A stretch of DNA of 60,938 nt. It comes from Symbiobacterium sp. (GTDB lineage: Bacteria; Bacillota; Sulfobacillia; DUSP01; DYEP01). The DNA is taken from the NCBI GenBank assembly GCA_020725675.1, contig DYEP01000119.1, positions 1 through 60,938 on the forward strand. The letters run 5' to 3'. The position numbers and the translations under genes were made by a program. How positions within the stretch are numbered: the first letter of the stretch is position 1; each line of letters opens with the position of its first letter. Shown piece by piece: positions 28,532 to 37,377 of the stretch. The notes beneath the pieces are model-generated. The model worked only from the letters and a program-made list of their open reading frames with translations, did not search any database and was not told where the DNA came from.

Positions 28532-28586
28532 GAATGCTGGATGATTTGATACATCTGCTACCTGAGATGTGCCTGGAGGCTTACTT

Positions 28587-28781
28587 ATGCCAATTTTCGA
28601 ATTTCGTTGCGTGAATTGTAATGCAAGATTTGAAACGCTGTGCAAACACGGCGAGCAAATCACCTGTCCGCATTGCCAAAGTCAGGAAGTAGTGAAATTA
28701 GTCTCGACGTTTTCCTCTCCTTCCGTGCGTACCTCATCTTGCAGCAGTTGTAAGTCGAGTTCGTGCTCAGACTGTAAGTAA
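28587..28781 (+). CDS. FmdB-family zinc-ribbon protein (CxxC_CxxC_SSSS) with a Cys/Ser-rich tail
   Basis: MPIFEFRCVNCNARFE...CPHCQS, with the tail SSCSSCKSSSCSDCK. Confidence 0.8.
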   Translation: MPIFEFRCVNCNARFETLCKHGEQITCPHCQSQEVVKLVSTFSSPSVRTSSCSSCKSSSCSDCK

Positions 28782-28870
28782 CTCACAGCGCGCCAGAATG
28801 CCGAGCGTGCAGGTACTTGTAGCTTTTCTGTAGAAAAGGATGATAGGTACAAAGAGGGTGAAGTGAGGGA

Positions 28871-29191
28871 TTGCCGGTGAGGATCGAGCGACACCCTATT
28901 TTAACCTTCACGAAGGGGGCGAAGGTCCAATTCTACTTCGAAGGTGAGCCATTGGAAGGTTACGAAGGAGAACCTATCGCAGCTGCGCTCCACGCTGCAG
29001 GAATTAGATGTCTTCGTCACAGCCCGGTCAGAAACAGACCTCGGGGCTTCTTTTGTGCTATCGGCAATTGTTCCTCCTGCCTCATGGTGGTCGACGGAGT
29101 CCCCAATGTCAGGGTATGCGTGGAAAAGCTTCGTGCAGGCATGGACGTTCGGCGCCAGAAGGGGAAAGGTGATCTGAATGTTTCGGACTGA
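28871..29191 (+). CDS. (2Fe-2S)-binding small subunit, HcnA / sarcosine-oxidase-alpha-N-terminal-like
   Basis: F.F.G.P.EGYEGEPIAAAL.AAG..., and FCAIGNCSSC...VCV cysteines. The start is TTG 28871 or GTG 28877. Confidence 0.7.
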   Translation: MPVRIERHPILTFTKGAKVQFYFEGEPLEGYEGEPIAAALHAAGIRCLRHSPVRNRPRGFFCAIGNCSSCLMVVDGVPNVRVCVEKLRAGMDVRRQKGKGDLNVSD

Positions 29192-30269
29192 GCTGGCGGT
29201 AGTTGGAGCTGGTCCGGCCGGGCTTTCGGCAGCGCTTGCTGCTTCCGAGTGCGGTGTCGATACACTGATCGTAGATAACGGCAGCACTCCGGGCGGCCAA
29301 CTTGTAAAGCAAACGCACAAGTTTTTCGGGTCAAAGGCTGAGCACGCAGGCACCAGGGGGATACATATCGCCCGATTGCTTGCTGGTGAACTGCAAAGAA
29401 GCCCTCAAGTGGAGTACTGGAGTGAAAGCACTGCGCTCGGCTATTACGAAGACCAGGTATTGCTGGTTGAGCGCGAAGGACGCGCACATGCGGTGCACTG
29501 CGACGCATTAGTGGTCGCTACAGGTGCAGCAGAACGTCACATGGTATTTCCTGGAAATGATCTGCCCGGCGTCTATGGTGCCGGAGCAGTGCAAACCCTC
29601 ATGAATGTCCACGGTGTAAAGCCCGGCGAGCGAGTACTTATCGTGGGTGCCGGCAACATCGGCCTCATCGTATCGTACCAGCTGTTACAGGCGGGAGTGC
29701 GTGTGGCGGCGGTGGTGGAGGCATCCCGGTACATCGGTGGTTACGCGGTCCACGCATCCAAGCTTCGGCGCTTGTCCGTTCCCATCCTCACGTCCCACAC
29801 TGTGAAAGAAGCGCATGGACACGAGCAGGTTGAGCGTGCGACAGTTTGGCAGATTGACGAGACTTTCACGGGTGTACCGGGGACGGAAATTGAGTTTGAG
29901 GTTGATGTGATCTGCCTTGCGGTGGGACTTTCACCTGTAACAGATCTCTTGTGTCAGATTGGGTGTAAGATGAAATATGTTCCCGAACTCGGAGGATACG
30001 TACCCATTAGAAATGAGAACATGCAGACGACCCGGAGCGAGGTGTTCGTAGCAGGAGACGCCTCCGGCGTGGAGGAGGGCTCCTCCGCCATGCTAACAGG
30101 CAGGCTGGCAGGCTACGCAGCAGCCGCTTACCTTGGTAAATGCCCCGACTTTCAGAACAAACGGGCGGAGTGCCAGCGTGCGCTAGATGCGCTCAGGGCG
30201 GGCCCTTCCGGACAGAAAGTGCGTGCAGGACTTTCCGTCGTCGTCTCGATGGAGGCAGGCACATGCTAA
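29178..30269 (+). CDS. FAD/NAD(P)-binding oxidoreductase subunit (HcnB / OoxA / PDH1-alpha-like)
   Basis: Two dinucleotide folds (VVGAGPAGLSAA; IVGAGNIGLIVS) and FVAGDASG. It overlaps both neighbouring genes. Confidence 0.75.
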   Translation: MFRTELAVVGAGPAGLSAALAASECGVDTLIVDNGSTPGGQLVKQTHKFFGSKAEHAGTRGIHIARLLAGELQRSPQVEYWSESTALGYYEDQVLLVEREGRAHAVHCDALVVATGAAERHMVFPGNDLPGVYGAGAVQTLMNVHGVKPGERVLIVGAGNIGLIVSYQLLQAGVRVAAVVEASRYIGGYAVHASKLRRLSVPILTSHTVKEAHGHEQVERATVWQIDETFTGVPGTEIEFEVDVICLAVGLSPVTDLLCQIGCKMKYVPELGGYVPIRNENMQTTRSEVFVAGDASGVEEGSSAMLTGRLAGYAAAAYLGKCPDFQNKRAECQRALDALRAGPSGQKVRAGLSVVVSMEAGTC

Positions 30270-30757
30270 AGAGTACAGGGGTTCCAGAAAGAGAACAACT
30301 GGATGCGGTGACTCCCCCTGCGTCACGCAGAAGCAAAGGACCCGTAGCGATGTTCGAGTGCTTCGAACGTATACCATGTGACCCTTGCTACCATGCGTGC
30401 AAGCACGGGGCAGTGAAAGAGTTTTTGGATATCTGTGATGTGCCGGAGGTGGACTTTGAGCGGTGCACAGGGTGCGGATTGTGTGTGGTCGCGTGCCCAG
30501 GACTCGCCATCTTCATCCTGGACGAAACCCCTTCCGACCATGCAGTGGTAGGTTTGCCCTATGAGATGCTCCCCGTACCGGAACCAGGCCAGGAGGTGAC
30601 CTTGCTTGACCGCGAAGGTCGTGAACTGGGAAAGGGAGAAGTGAGTCAAGTAAGCAGGCCTCGCGTGGGCAGCGGAACGCTGCTGGTGAAGCTCAAGATA
30701 CCGAAGGAGATGGTACAAGACGTGAGGAGTTTCAGGCTGGAGCGGGGTACGCCATGA
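30263..30757 (+). CDS. Fe-S subunit (4Fe-4S ferredoxin-type motif plus an extra Cys cluster)
   Basis: ATG at 30263 follows GGAGGCAGG. Motifs CFERIPCDPCYHAC and CTGCGLCVVACPG. Confidence 0.65.
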   Translation: MLKSTGVPEREQLDAVTPPASRRSKGPVAMFECFERIPCDPCYHACKHGAVKEFLDICDVPEVDFERCTGCGLCVVACPGLAIFILDETPSDHAVVGLPYEMLPVPEPGQEVTLLDREGRELGKGEVSQVSRPRVGSGTLLVKLKIPKEMVQDVRSFRLERGTP

Positions 30758-31029
30758 GCAGTGATGCGATCATCTGCAGGTGCGAGGACGTTTTGCTCTC
30801 AGATATCAGGCGGCTTTTAGACTCAGGCCTCACGACGTTCGACGAGGTGAAGAAGTTCTCAAGGTGCGGAATGGGACCCTGCCAAGGCAGGACATGCAGA
30901 TCACTGGTACTTGCGGAGATCGCAAGGCACCGGGGAATCCGTGTTCAGGACCTTGAGCCAGGGCGGTTCAGACCGCCGGGCAAGTCCATTCCCATCAGCG
31001 CTTTCCTCGAAGGCGGGGAGGAGCAGTGA
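30754..31029 (+). CDS. BFD-like (2Fe-2S)-binding protein
   Basis: IICRCEDV...FSRCGMGPCQGRTC. ATGA overlap with the upstream gene. Confidence 0.7.
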   Translation: MSSDAIICRCEDVLLSDIRRLLDSGLTTFDEVKKFSRCGMGPCQGRTCRSLVLAEIARHRGIRVQDLEPGRFRPPGKSIPISAFLEGGEEQ

Positions 31030-32171
31030 CGCGCGCAGATGTAATAATAGTAGGCGGCGGCATAATGGGTTGTTCCATCGCGTATCATCTAGCGCGCCGC
31101 GGTATGCGCCGCGTCGTAGTGCTTGAGCGTTCGCACATCGCTTCGGGAGCTACGGGACGTTGCGGAGCCGGAGTGCGGATGCAGTGGGGTACAAAACCCA
31201 ACTGCCTGGTGATGAAAGAAAGCATTCGCATTCTGGAAGGCTTGGAGCAGGAACTAAGCTATCCTCATGGAATAGGTTTCAAGCAAAAGGGATATCTATT
31301 TTTGGCCCACTCCAAAGCCCAGCTGATACAGTTTCAGAAGAACGTCCAACTTCAAAACAGCCTTGGCATTCCGTCTGAGATCGTCAGCCCAAAGGATATG
31401 AAACGTATCGCTCCGCTTCTTGACACCACAGGGGTGGTGGGAGGCAGCTACTGTTCAAAAGATGGACATTGCGACCCGTTCCACACGACGCGCGCATACG
31501 CACTTGCTGCCACAAGACTCGGGGCGACCCTGCTTCAGTACACCGAGCTGCAGTCAGTCACGAAAAGTGCCGAAGGTACATTCAAGTTGACTACAAGCGC
31601 GGGAGAAATAGAAGCGCCCGTTCTGGTCAACGCGGCAGGTGCCTGGTCAGGCTACGTGGCAAGCATGCTCGGCGTCAATCTACCGGTATATTCAGAGCGC
31701 CACCAAATACTTGTGACCGAGCAGGTGGAACGGGTCCTGGATCCCATGATCATCTCGCTTCACGAGGGGTTGTATTGCCAGCAAACCCCGGACGGCAGTT
31801 TTATCATGGGGCTTGGAGATCCTAACGAACCCAAGGGCTTGGACCAGGGGCACTCGTGGCAGTTTCTATTCGCGGTGTCGAAGAAGATCTCGCGTCTTTT
31901 GCCGGACATCACTGGAGTACGCATACTCAGACAATGGTCCGGCCTGTACAATATGTCTCCCGACCGTCAGGCAGTTCTTGGAGCTGTAGACGATGTCCCG
32001 GGTTTGTACGTTGCTTGTGGCTTCAGCGGTCACGGCTTCATGATGGCTCCAGCTGTATCTGAATCAATGGCTGACATTATTCTCGGGAACACGCCGAGGG
32101 TGGCTATAGATGTGTATGGTCTTGACCGGTTCAAGAATGGCAATCTGTTTTATGAACCGGCAGTGGTCTAA
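31026..32171 (+). CDS. FAD-dependent amine/amino-acid oxidoreductase (DAO family; HcnC / OoxB / sarcosine-oxidase-beta / PDH1-beta-like)
   Basis: DVIIVGGGIMGCSIAYHLA, C-terminal GFSGHGFMMAP. GTGA overlap with the upstream gene. Confidence 0.78.
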   Translation: MTRADVIIVGGGIMGCSIAYHLARRGMRRVVVLERSHIASGATGRCGAGVRMQWGTKPNCLVMKESIRILEGLEQELSYPHGIGFKQKGYLFLAHSKAQLIQFQKNVQLQNSLGIPSEIVSPKDMKRIAPLLDTTGVVGGSYCSKDGHCDPFHTTRAYALAATRLGATLLQYTELQSVTKSAEGTFKLTTSAGEIEAPVLVNAAGAWSGYVASMLGVNLPVYSERHQILVTEQVERVLDPMIISLHEGLYCQQTPDGSFIMGLGDPNEPKGLDQGHSWQFLFAVSKKISRLLPDITGVRILRQWSGLYNMSPDRQAVLGAVDDVPGLYVACGFSGHGFMMAPAVSESMADIILGNTPRVAIDVYGLDRFKNGNLFYEPAVV

Positions 32172-32191
32172 TAATCACGGAGGTGAGGACG

Positions 32192-32608
32192 TTGAGACTT
32201 TCAAAAAGGGACGAACTCTGTTCGGGCTGCAAAAGCTGCATCTTGGTCTGCTCAATGGAGAACTTCCTGAAGGCAGACCCCACGCTCGCTGCACTCCGGA
32301 TAAAGGCGCACTTCCCTGTTCCGGGGAAATATGAGGTGGTGCTTTGCGATCAGTGTGGGGAGTGCGAAAAAGCCTGCCCTACTGGAGCGATTTATGCAGA
32401 CGGAGAAGCGTATCGCGTCAAACCTGAAGAGTGCATTGCATGCATGGCTTGCATAGAGGCCTGCCCGAAAGGCGCCATCTGGTTCAACCAGGCGCTCGGC
32501 GCTCCGGTAAAATGCGTGCTGTGCGGCGAGTGCGTGCGCTACTGTCCGCGACAGGCCATCGTGGACGAGACAGGAGAAGTCAAGTGGGGAGGTGAGCAGG
32601 CATGCTAG
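32192..32608 (+). CDS. 4Fe-4S dicluster electron-transfer subunit (AorA-like)
   Basis: Several CxxCxxCxxxC(P) motifs: CSGCKSCILVC, CDQCGECEKACP, CIACMACIEACP and CVLCGECVRYCP. TTG at 32192 lies 5 nt after GGAGGTGA; the ORF-track GTG at 32183 sits inside the SD. Confidence 0.8.
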   Translation: MRLSKRDELCSGCKSCILVCSMENFLKADPTLAALRIKAHFPVPGKYEVVLCDQCGECEKACPTGAIYADGEAYRVKPEECIACMACIEACPKGAIWFNQALGAPVKCVLCGECVRYCPRQAIVDETGEVKWGGEQAC

Positions 32609-34434
32609 GAGGGTACATGGGCAAGGGACTCCGCGTGAATCTTACATCGTGCACAACCTCTACATTTGATATCCCGGAGGACTGGGCAAGACGCTTTCTC
32701 GGTGGTCGCGGTTTCGCAGCCAAGATCCTTTATGACGAGCTGGATCCAAGCACCGAACCTCTCTCACCTGAGAACAAACTGGTCGTAGCCACAGGGCCAC
32801 TGTCAGGACTGTTCCTCCCAGGGAGCGGCAAGCTGACATTTGCCTGCAAGTCCCCCGCGACCGGCGGGTATGCTGACTCCAACGTGGGAGGACATCTGGG
32901 ACCCGAGATCAAGTATGCCGGGTATGATGTAATCATAGTTGAAGGAAAAGCAGACACTCCCGCGGTGCTGGTTATCGAGGACGACCGCGTGTCCATACGC
33001 GACGGTTCCCGTTACTGGGGGCTCGGAGCCTTGGCAACAGAAAAGGCGTTAAAAGATGATCTCGGCGAGGCGTTCCAGTGCGCAGTCATAGGCCCCGCCG
33101 GCGAGAACCTGGTGAAGTTTGCCTGTATCTCCCATGACTTCGGCAGGCAAGCGGGTCGCTGTGGTGTGGGTGCGGTAATGGGTAGCAAAAACCTGAAGGC
33201 AATCGCCGTGTCCGGCACACGGGCCATCCCGCTCGCCAAGCCAAAGGAAGCGCTGGAGAAGGGCAAACAGATGTACTTGTCATGCTTCTCCAAGCCTGGG
33301 TTTTACGATTGGACTCCCTACGGCACCGCTGGAGTGACAGACTGGGTGAACGAGGTGGGTAGTTTCCCCACCAAGAACTTCCACACCGGCTACTTCGAAC
33401 ACCACAGCCAAATCAACGGGCAGGCGCTCAAAGAACGGATCCTGGTCACCGACAAGGGCTGCTTTGGCTGCCCAATACCTTGCGGCAAGTACTCCCGCAC
33501 GCGTTGGCAGGGTAGAGAGGTCATGGTAGAGGGTCCGGAATATGAAACCATTGCTATGCTTGGTGGCAACTGCTGCCTTGAGAGTATAGAGGACGTGGCA
33601 TATGCCAACTACGTATGCGACGAGCTTGGGCTAGACACCATCTCCGCGGGCAACGTAGTGGCCTTCGCCATGGAGTGTTATGAGAAAGGATTGCTCACTA
33701 AGGAGGAAGTAAACAGGGAGATCAGATTCGGAGACCTAGATAGCGTGGTATTTTTGCTGTCAGAGATCGCGGCCCGCAGCGGCATAGGTGCACTGCTCGC
33801 AGAGGGCGTAAAGGTCGCTGCTGAACGCATCGGAAAAGGTTCTGAGCGATTTGCCATCCATGTGAAGGGTCTTGAAGTTTCGGGTTACGAACCCAGGTAT
33901 GCGCCTGCTATGCTGCTTGCATATATGACCGCCGACATCGGTGCCCACCACAACAGGGCGTGGGCCATCACCTACGATGTGGCAGTGGGCAGAGACTCAC
34001 TGGAAGGAAAGGCAGAGAAGGTCATAGAGCTTCAGCACATAAGGCCTCTGTTCGACGCTCTTGGTCTCTGCCGTCTGCAATGGGTGGAGATAGGATTCGA
34101 GCTGCATCATTACGGTGAGATCTTCCCGCTGGTCACAGGTATCGACTACGGTTGGGAAGACCTCATCCGCGCTTCTGAACGCATCTGGAACCTGACGCGC
34201 CTGTTTAATATCAAACACATCACAGGTTTCGGCCGTAAGTATGATAGCGCTCCTGCGCGGTTCCTCGAAGAGCCAATGCCGTCAGGGCCGGTAGAAGGCA
34301 AACTCACTGGCGCAAAGAGCGCGGAGCAGCTGCTGGACCGTTACTATCAGCTCAGGGGATGGAGTCCCGACGGTGTACCTACGAAACAGAAGCTGGCTGA
34401 GCTGGACCTTCTTGAAGAAAGCGCAGCATGTTGA
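32602..34434 (+). CDS. Aldehyde:ferredoxin oxidoreductase family (tungstopterin enzyme)
   Basis: GKGLRVNLTS..., GGRGFAAKILYDE, the CFGCPIPCGK cluster motif, EGPEYET and DALGLC. Confidence 0.88.
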   Translation: MLGGYMGKGLRVNLTSCTTSTFDIPEDWARRFLGGRGFAAKILYDELDPSTEPLSPENKLVVATGPLSGLFLPGSGKLTFACKSPATGGYADSNVGGHLGPEIKYAGYDVIIVEGKADTPAVLVIEDDRVSIRDGSRYWGLGALATEKALKDDLGEAFQCAVIGPAGENLVKFACISHDFGRQAGRCGVGAVMGSKNLKAIAVSGTRAIPLAKPKEALEKGKQMYLSCFSKPGFYDWTPYGTAGVTDWVNEVGSFPTKNFHTGYFEHHSQINGQALKERILVTDKGCFGCPIPCGKYSRTRWQGREVMVEGPEYETIAMLGGNCCLESIEDVAYANYVCDELGLDTISAGNVVAFAMECYEKGLLTKEEVNREIRFGDLDSVVFLLSEIAARSGIGALLAEGVKVAAERIGKGSERFAIHVKGLEVSGYEPRYAPAMLLAYMTADIGAHHNRAWAITYDVAVGRDSLEGKAEKVIELQHIRPLFDALGLCRLQWVEIGFELHHYGEIFPLVTGIDYGWEDLIRASERIWNLTRLFNIKHITGFGRKYDSAPARFLEEPMPSGPVEGKLTGAKSAEQLLDRYYQLRGWSPDGVPTKQKLAELDLLEESAAC

Positions 34435-34445
34435 CAGACTGGAGG

Positions 34446-34467
34446 CCGGGACCCGCGAGGGTCCCGG
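34446..34467 (+). other. GC-rich stem-loop between the AOR and moaD-like genes (no T-tract)
   Basis: CCGGGACCC-GCGA-GGGTCCCGG, a 9 bp stem with a GNRA-type loop. It is not followed by a U-run, so it may act in mRNA processing or stability rather than as a terminator. Confidence 0.4.
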
Positions 34468-34494
34468 AACTACCCGGACATGCCGTGAGGTGAG

Positions 34495-34731
34495 ATGATG
34501 GAGTACGTAACCTTTACCATACACGGGCACGCGCGGGAATACTTCCCGTCAAAAGAGCGATTCAGGCACAAAGTGACCGGTGAGACCACTGTGAGATCAG
34601 TGCTTGAACATCTCGGAGTGAACCCGCTCCTTGTGATGTACGTCGTGAAAAACGGAAAGCGGGTCTCGCTTGACGATCCTATCACCGGGGGAGACGAAGT
34701 GGTACTTATCACTCCTGCGGCAGGCGGTTGA
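34495..34731 (+). CDS. MoaD/ThiS-family ubiquitin-like sulfur carrier
   Basis: 78 aa ending ...VVLITPAAGG (C-terminal Gly-Gly). GAGGTGAG SD. Confidence 0.75.
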   Translation: MMEYVTFTIHGHAREYFPSKERFRHKVTGETTVRSVLEHLGVNPLLVMYVVKNGKRVSLDDPITGGDEVVLITPAAGG

Positions 34732-34954
34732 AGTGTACGACGGCTGATGACGTGCGGCAGATGCTCGCTCTGTCTTGGCCCCAAAAGACCCTTCACTCCT
34801 GACGGCTTCGGTATCCCCGCCTTCGCCGTGAGTAAGGAGGCGCCAGACCGCTTTTCGTTCACACCCGGCCGGCAGTTGCTTCGCTCCTTGCGCGTTCCAC
34901 GCTCCGAATTTGCTTCTGCCAGTGGTGTAAGCAAGAACAAGGAGACGATCTGAG

Positions 34955-35848
34955 TTGGAGCTTTCAAAGATTACCGAAGGGGTCTATGCAGTGACAGGTG
35001 GCACCACTGTATCGGGTGTCATTTGCAACTCAGCCAAAGAGGCGTTGGTTGTAGATACGGGACTTGATGAGTCGACTGCAAGAAGACTCACCAGGATGCT
35101 GGGCGAGGCAGGCTTGCTAATACGTTGGATTTTCAATACTCACGCCCATGCTGACCATTTCGGGGGAAACCGCTTCATCGTGGAGCGTACAGGGGCAAAA
35201 GTATACGCCCCGGCGCTTGAAGCCGCAGTGATTCAGTGTCCTGTGCTGGAACCAATGTACCTCTTCGGTGGGGCCATGCCCCCTAGAAACTTGCGGAACA
35301 AGTTCCTTGAGGCCGAATCCTCGACAGTCAATGAGGTAGCATACCGAGGACCGATGTGCATCGGGGGAATTGAACTTGAGGTTGTGCCGCTGCCGGGACA
35401 CAGCATAAACCAGATGGGCCTGGCTGTAAACGGCGTGCTATTCTGCGGAGACGCGTTCCTTGGCGAAGGTACCATAGCCAAGCACGGCGTGCCTTTCAAC
35501 GTGGACATCCAGGCACATCTCCGCACGCTGGATTTTCTGGCAGAGCAGGAGGCTATCCTGGTGTGCGCACACGGCGGTATGTACATGGATGCGAAACGTA
35601 TCATTGCTACGAACCGGCGACGTGTGCATGAAATTGCAGATGCGGTGCTCGGGTCGCTTGAAAGCCCGTGCAGGACGGATGAGATCGCGCGGGTAACATG
35701 TGAGAAGTTTGGTGTATCAATACAGGCGCCCAGCCAGTACTACCTGATGAAGTGCGCAGTGTCTGCCGTGCTGACTTACCTCTTTAATGAGGGACAGCTT
35801 TCGATGGAGGTAAATCACGGGACTTTGCTATGGAGTAGGAAGACTTAG
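34955..35848 (+). CDS. MBL-fold metallo-hydrolase
   Basis: NTHAHADHFGGN (HxHxDH), LPGHS. TTG start. Confidence 0.75.
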   Translation: MELSKITEGVYAVTGGTTVSGVICNSAKEALVVDTGLDESTARRLTRMLGEAGLLIRWIFNTHAHADHFGGNRFIVERTGAKVYAPALEAAVIQCPVLEPMYLFGGAMPPRNLRNKFLEAESSTVNEVAYRGPMCIGGIELEVVPLPGHSINQMGLAVNGVLFCGDAFLGEGTIAKHGVPFNVDIQAHLRTLDFLAEQEAILVCAHGGMYMDAKRIIATNRRRVHEIADAVLGSLESPCRTDEIARVTCEKFGVSIQAPSQYYLMKCAVSAVLTYLFNEGQLSMEVNHGTLLWSRKT

Positions 35849-35871
35849 GCTATTATCAGGAGTGATTTATT

Positions 35872-36855
35872 GTGAAAGTAGTTGTAACAGAACACATATT
35901 CACAGACCTCAATATCACTGAAGAAGTATTAGCACCGACTGGAGCCAAGCTGGTGTTTGTACCCGATCCCACCCCGGCCGTCGTGCTGTCTCATGCTAAA
36001 GACGCTGATGCACTGCTTGTGTGCTGGACGCCGATAGGCAAGGAGATCATCTCGGGCCTTGAAAGGTGCAGAGCCATCGTCCGGTTCGGTATCGGCGTTA
36101 ACAACATCGATATAGCTTCTGCCACGTCCGCCGGGATTATCGTTGCTAACGTGCCAGATTACTGCATTGACGAGGTATCAGACCACGCACTGACGCTTCT
36201 TTTGTGCGCTGCAAGGAAGGTAATACCGATGGACAAGAGCGTACGCGGCGGTGCCTGGGACGTCCGGCTGTTCTCCCCAGTTTTTAGGTTTCGGGGCAAG
36301 CGGGCAGGGCTTGTGGGATTTGGCCGGATACCCAGATGCCTTGCAAGGAAACTCAAGGCACTGGGTATAGAAGTGGTTGCATTCGATCCTTATGTGAAGC
36401 CCGAGGACGCCGCAGAGGCAGGGGTTTCTCTGGTCGGTCTTGAGGAGCTGCTTCGTACCTCTGATTACGTCTCAATTCACGCTCCAGCCACGCCTGAGAC
36501 GCGGCACCTGATTAATGAATCTACGTTAAGAATAATGAAGCCCACAGCGATACTCGTTAACACAGCGCGGGGAGACCTTGTGGACCAGGTGGCACTGGCA
36601 AGAGCACTGAAAGAAGGGGTAATAGCAGCTGCAGCGCTAGATGTGCTATGGGACGAGGGTATAAGCCCGGATGACCCGCTACTTGCATGTGACAACCTCA
36701 TACTCACCCCGCACGCCGCGTTTTATTCTGAAGAATCATCGGCTGAACTCCAAAGAAAAGGTGCCGAGCAGGCGCGAATGGCGCTTGAAGGAAAACTCCC
36801 CGTCTATGCTCTAAACAGGGAGATCGCAGGACAATGGCTGAAGCGCTGGGCTTGA
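35872..36855 (+). CDS. D-isomer-specific 2-hydroxyacid dehydrogenase (CtBP/PGDH-like)
   Basis: NAD fold GLVGFGRIPRCLARKL. The ...NTARG and LTPHAAFYS catalytic-region motifs. Confidence 0.82.
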   Translation: MKVVVTEHIFTDLNITEEVLAPTGAKLVFVPDPTPAVVLSHAKDADALLVCWTPIGKEIISGLERCRAIVRFGIGVNNIDIASATSAGIIVANVPDYCIDEVSDHALTLLLCAARKVIPMDKSVRGGAWDVRLFSPVFRFRGKRAGLVGFGRIPRCLARKLKALGIEVVAFDPYVKPEDAAEAGVSLVGLEELLRTSDYVSIHAPATPETRHLINESTLRIMKPTAILVNTARGDLVDQVALARALKEGVIAAAALDVLWDEGISPDDPLLACDNLILTPHAAFYSEESSAELQRKGAEQARMALEGKLPVYALNREIAGQWLKRWA

Positions 36856-36897
36856 CGTCCACCGTCTGCTTCAAAACAAGAACGCGAGGTGATCAGC

Positions 36898-37278
36898 ATG
36901 TATATCACACATCTTGCAAATGTACCAGAGGAAAGCTTGAAACCCGGCGAAGACCCGGCGATCGCCCCTGGCACCGTCCGGTGGCTGATCGCAGAGACAA
37001 ATGGAGCGCCCACGTTTGAGATGAGGTGCTTCACACTGAGGTCAGGCGGCAGCACCCCCTGGCACACCCACCCGTGGGAACACGAAGTATTCGTCCTGTC
37101 AGGTAAGGGTTTTATCAGGACCGAAGTAGGCGAACACGAGCTTGGTCCCGGTCATGCAGTGCTGGTCAGTCCAGGAGAGATGCACCAATTCAGGGCATGT
37201 GAAGCGGGGGAGTTCACATTCATCTGCGTGGTTCCAAAAGGTACGCGGGCGTGCTCTCTGGATCCCAGCAAACGTTAA
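36898..37278 (+). CDS. Cupin-domain protein
   Basis: PWHTHPWEHEVFVLSG...GEMHQF cupin motifs. ATG lies 5 nt after GAGGTGA. Confidence 0.75.
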   Translation: MYITHLANVPEESLKPGEDPAIAPGTVRWLIAETNGAPTFEMRCFTLRSGGSTPWHTHPWEHEVFVLSGKGFIRTEVGEHELGPGHAVLVSPGEMHQFRACEAGEFTFICVVPKGTRACSLDPSKR

Positions 37279-37377
37279 ACAGGACCGCCTTCACAGATTG
37301 TCCGCGAGCACAGTTGACCGGCTGCGAAGTTAGTATAGCTAACAAAGGACAAAGAACACCGGTGTTAGAACTATTAA

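Noticed and set aside
34747-34953. 68-aa ORF in the 223-nt gap between the moaD-like and MBL genes, and the possibility of a Moco/Wco riboswitch there.
   Set aside because: The ORF has no SD and its composition is not protein-like. I could not recognise the conserved Moco-motif elements by eye. The gap is noted only here, and a cmscan would settle it.
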